Shown here one piece after another: positions 51,547-53,863 of a stretch of 53,863 bases of DNA (positions within the stretch are counted from its first letter, which is position 1; every line of letters begins with the position of its first letter). Below the pieces are notes generated by a model. That model searched no databases, was not told the DNA's origin, and was given only the letters and a program-made list of their open reading frames with translations. Source of the DNA: Patescibacteria group bacterium (GTDB taxonomy: Bacteria; Patescibacteriota; Minisyncoccia; UBA6257; 2-01-FULL-56-20). The stretch spans positions 1 to 53,863 of the forward strand of contig JANLHI010000015.1 of NCBI GenBank assembly GCA_024654525.1, written 5' to 3'. The position numbers and the translations under genes are program-made.

Positions 51547-53863
51547 TTATTTTCTTCCTGGAGGAACCTCCTGTGATGCAGGGTCAAACTCCCTTACGTC
51601 AATCCCGTTCACACCGTCATGGTTGAGATTTCCCCATTTCGTGTAATCCACGCGCGGAGCGGAAAGTTGGTAGGAAACCGAAACGGGGCGGTCAGCATAA
51701 AGCGTAATCTCCTCCCGCACAGGATTCAGCTCATACCACACCTTTGCTTCTCCTTCCGGCGTAAGGAACACCGAGAGCCGATTCCATGCGGTTTTAACCC
51801 CGAAATTGCTGGTTTTCTTGAAAAGCCACAGGTCAGAACCTTCTGACTCGTTTCCGAACGCAATCACATGTGTGTAGACGTTTTTCTCTGATTTTGTGAG
51901 TGCGACCTTCCCCGTCGTCTGCGTCCGCACTCCGCCCACATTATCGGGGCTGTACGTCGCGTAATTGATTCCCTCGATGGTGAATACCGGGTCAAAGGTT
52001 CCTGCGGTGATTTTACCCGCACCTCCCCCCACCACCAACACGTCCGTGGAAGTTGCTCCGACACGCGCGGTAGTCGCCCCACCGCTCGCAATGTCAAGTT
52101 TATAACTGGGACTCGTCGTCCCGATGCCGACGTTGCCGCTGCCTAAAATAGTCATTTTCTCTACAAATCCACTTCCCGAAGTGTATCCAAAAAAGTCTAA
52201 ACCGTATGTGTCACCTGTATCTCTCATTTTAATTGCAGCTACATTGGTAGGTGATCCACCATCAGTAGAAAAGTAAAGACCACCATTATATGCGGTGCCA
52301 CCTGTCGCATCATGTCGTATCCTAATACCAGACGAACCATCTGTTCCCGACTTATACACATCAAGAGCATATCCCGGCGCCGTCATCCCGATGCCGACGT
52401 TGCCGTTTGTATCGATAACCTCTCTTACTAAATTATTAGTAATGAAAGCTAAACTTTCGCTGCCTGCCGTATATATTCCATGTCTGAACGCGGCACCAAA
52501 TCCTTGAATATCGGCGGCGTCGTTTATGGCAAATTTAATGCCCCCATTTGTAGCAGGGTCTACTACATAAAATTGAGCTAAACCCGTAACTGATGTTTTG
52601 CCGACAGGTGTTGAAGCTACTTGTAATTTAGCAGTGCTTGGCGCCGTCGTCCCGATGCCGACGTTGCCGGAGGTATCTATCACCATTTTTGAGCCAGCGA
52701 CTGTTTCACCGCCACCTGTAATGAATGAAATACCTCTCTGAGTTCCCGTTCCATTTTTGTTCGTCCCTATTTTGAACCAGCCTGCTTCGTTGCTCATTCC
52801 CAAAAACATATAGCTAGAATTGTTGGGGTCAGATGCCGCCCAATTTATAAGGCCATACGATTCAGCTCCATGCCCTACATCCACGCGGCCGACTACATCA
52901 AGTTTCGCTCCCGGACTCGTCGTCCCAATCCCGACGTTGCCGTTGAATGCAAAAGTTCCAGGCTGTGCATTGTAACCCGTAAAATAGAGCAGGGCACTCG
53001 CACTAAACGCCTGGTTACCGCTTTCGATATAGTTCTTCCCGCCGCTCCCGCCAAACCAAACTTTGCTTGTCCCATCGCCGACATAAAGCCCACTTCCTCC
53101 GGAAAATACCGCGGAGGTGCCCACAACTGCGCCACTACTACTGACGGTAAATTGATTACTAGCCCCAACTGACAACAATGCCGTCGGCCCCGTCGTCCCG
53201 ATGCCGACGTTGCCGCTCGTATCCATGAACATGCCAGTGTTGAAAGTCCCCGAAGCGCTTGAATGAGTTTGGATCTGTAAAGTTGAAGCATAAGAAGTGA
53301 CCGAAGACATCCGGCTGGTAAACTTGGTGCTATAATCCCCCGCGACCGCGTCATCACGTCCCATAGAAAATACAATATCGCGGTTTGTGCCATGCCCCAG
53401 CGAAAGATGCATAAGATTTGTGGCCGTGCTGTCCGCGCCTGCACGGTGGATTTGCAAAGGTGCGTTCGGTCCCGCCGTCCCAATGCCGACGTTGCCGGAA
53501 GTTGCCAAAATCGTAACTCTCGGGTTATAAGTTGTTCCGTTATAGTCTCCGATAACCTGCCTACCTTGACCCGATGACCCCGTAGAAAAATACAAGTCAT
53601 GTTCATAAGAATTTCCTGCCATATCCGTTCCCAAACCCATCCATGCTTGGGAGTCTGCATCCAGTCCGTAAGTTTGTATTCTTGGACCGCCGGCAAAAGC
53701 TCCCCCAACCATAATAGCCGGCGCGGCAGTGCTGGTTTTCTGAACTTGCAACTTATACGATGGTCCCGTCGTCCCTATCCCAACCCGGTCATTCGTGGCA
53801 TCGATATACATCACATCCGCAGTGGAGTTGTAGTGCTGGAATTCATAGTTTCCTTTGGTGGAA
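51547..53863 (-). CDS. Giant GNVGIGT-module surface/fibre protein, C-terminal part (5'-truncated by the window edge)
   Basis: The frame is open to the window end (STKGNYEFQHYNSTADVMYIDATNDRVGIGTT...). Seven VGIG junctions are spaced 264-294 bp apart, followed by a distinct C-terminal domain (DPVFTI..SDLWLF..VSYQLSAPR). Confidence 0.9.
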   Translation of the reverse strand, partial: STKGNYEFQHYNSTADVMYIDATNDRVGIGTTGPSYKLQVQKTSTAAPAIMVGGAFAGGPRIQTYGLDADSQAWMGLGTDMAGNSYEHDLYFSTGSSGQGRQVIGDYNGTTYNPRVTILATSGNVGIGTAGPNAPLQIHRAGADSTATNLMHLSLGHGTNRDIVFSMGRDDAVAGDYSTKFTSRMSSVTSYASTLQIQTHSSASGTFNTGMFMDTSGNVGIGTTGPTALLSVGASNQFTVSSSGAVVGTSAVFSGGSGLYVGDGTSKVWFGGSGGKNYIESGNQAFSASALLYFTGYNAQPGTFAFNGNVGIGTTSPGAKLDVVGRVDVGHGAESYGLINWAASDPNNSSYMFLGMSNEAGWFKIGTNKNGTGTQRGISFITGGGETVAGSKMVIDTSGNVGIGTTAPSTAKLQVASTPVGKTSVTGLAQFYVVDPATNGGIKFAINDAADIQGFGAAFRHGIYTAGSESLAFITNNLVREVIDTNGNVGIGMTAPGYALDVYKSGTDGSSGIRIRHDATGGTAYNGGLYFSTDGGSPTNVAAIKMRDTGDTYGLDFFGYTSGSGFVEKMTILGSGNVGIGTTSPSYKLDIASGGATTARVGATSTDVLVVGGGAGKITAGTFDPVFTIEGINYATYSPDNVGGVRTQTTGKVALTKSEKNVYTHVIAFGNESEGSDLWLFKKTSNFGVKTAWNRLSVFLTPEGEAKVWYELNPVREEITLYADRPVSVSYQLSAPRVDYTKWGNLNHDGVNGIDVREFDPASQEVPPGRK

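Noticed and set aside
52114-53790. CRISPR array (24-nt repeats at regular spacing)
   Set aside because: Spacers are about 240-270 bp, everything is in frame in one CDS, and no cas genes are present.
47812-53863. Diversity-generating retroelement (Avd-like genes beside a large target-like gene)
   Set aside because: No reverse transcriptase is present and I found no TR/VR pair differing only at adenines. An RT outside the window is not excluded.
1-53863. Alternative genetic code (TGA=Gly, as in Gracilibacteria/Absconditabacteria)
   Set aside because: Conserved genes end at TGA where expected and show no in-frame TGA interruptions.

Overview
This 53.9 kb window looks like chromosome from a small-genome bacterium using translation table 11 (TGA is used as a stop). 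The gene families suggest Patescibacteria/CPR, Parcubacteria-like; this is an inference, not a database result. Core genes are rplU, galT, mrdA-mreD-mreC-mreB-proS, a comEA-like gene, tRNA-Asn(GTT), csp, greA, ccdA plus a redoxin, mscS, gpsA, glpK, nrdAB (beta subunit with class Ic signature residues) and recG. Accessory content: five paralogs plus one relic of an uncharacterised ~570-600 aa Cys-rich Zn-ribbon protein (1-12.4 kb); large secreted proteins (dockerin/peptidoglycan-binding, a 20x S-x-N-G-D repeat protein, a Gly-rich fibre with its own signal peptidase); and a 45.8-53.9 kb variable region with toxins, four-helix-bundle proteins, an IS1-like Zn-ribbon/PD-(D/E)XK nuclease and a giant GNVGIGT-module protein. 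Three signals stand out. (1) A 24-nt junction is conserved at the DNA level in the modules of the giant protein, with a 19/21 copy in inverted orientation just downstream and more degenerate copies around the nuclease and four-helix-bundle genes, which is shufflon-like. (2) A 275-bp GIY-YIG-only element has perfect 16-bp terminal inverted repeats and a 5-bp TGAGA direct repeat. (3) A second GIY-YIG lies between a duplicated 5' half of tRNA-Asn and the intact tRNA, and the dead half carries two 20-nt palindromic insertions. Short palindromic REP-like elements of several families occur throughout, including in-frame inside genes. No CRISPR array, rRNA, reverse transcriptase, integrase or DDE transposase was recognised. 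All product calls come from motif recognition by eye.
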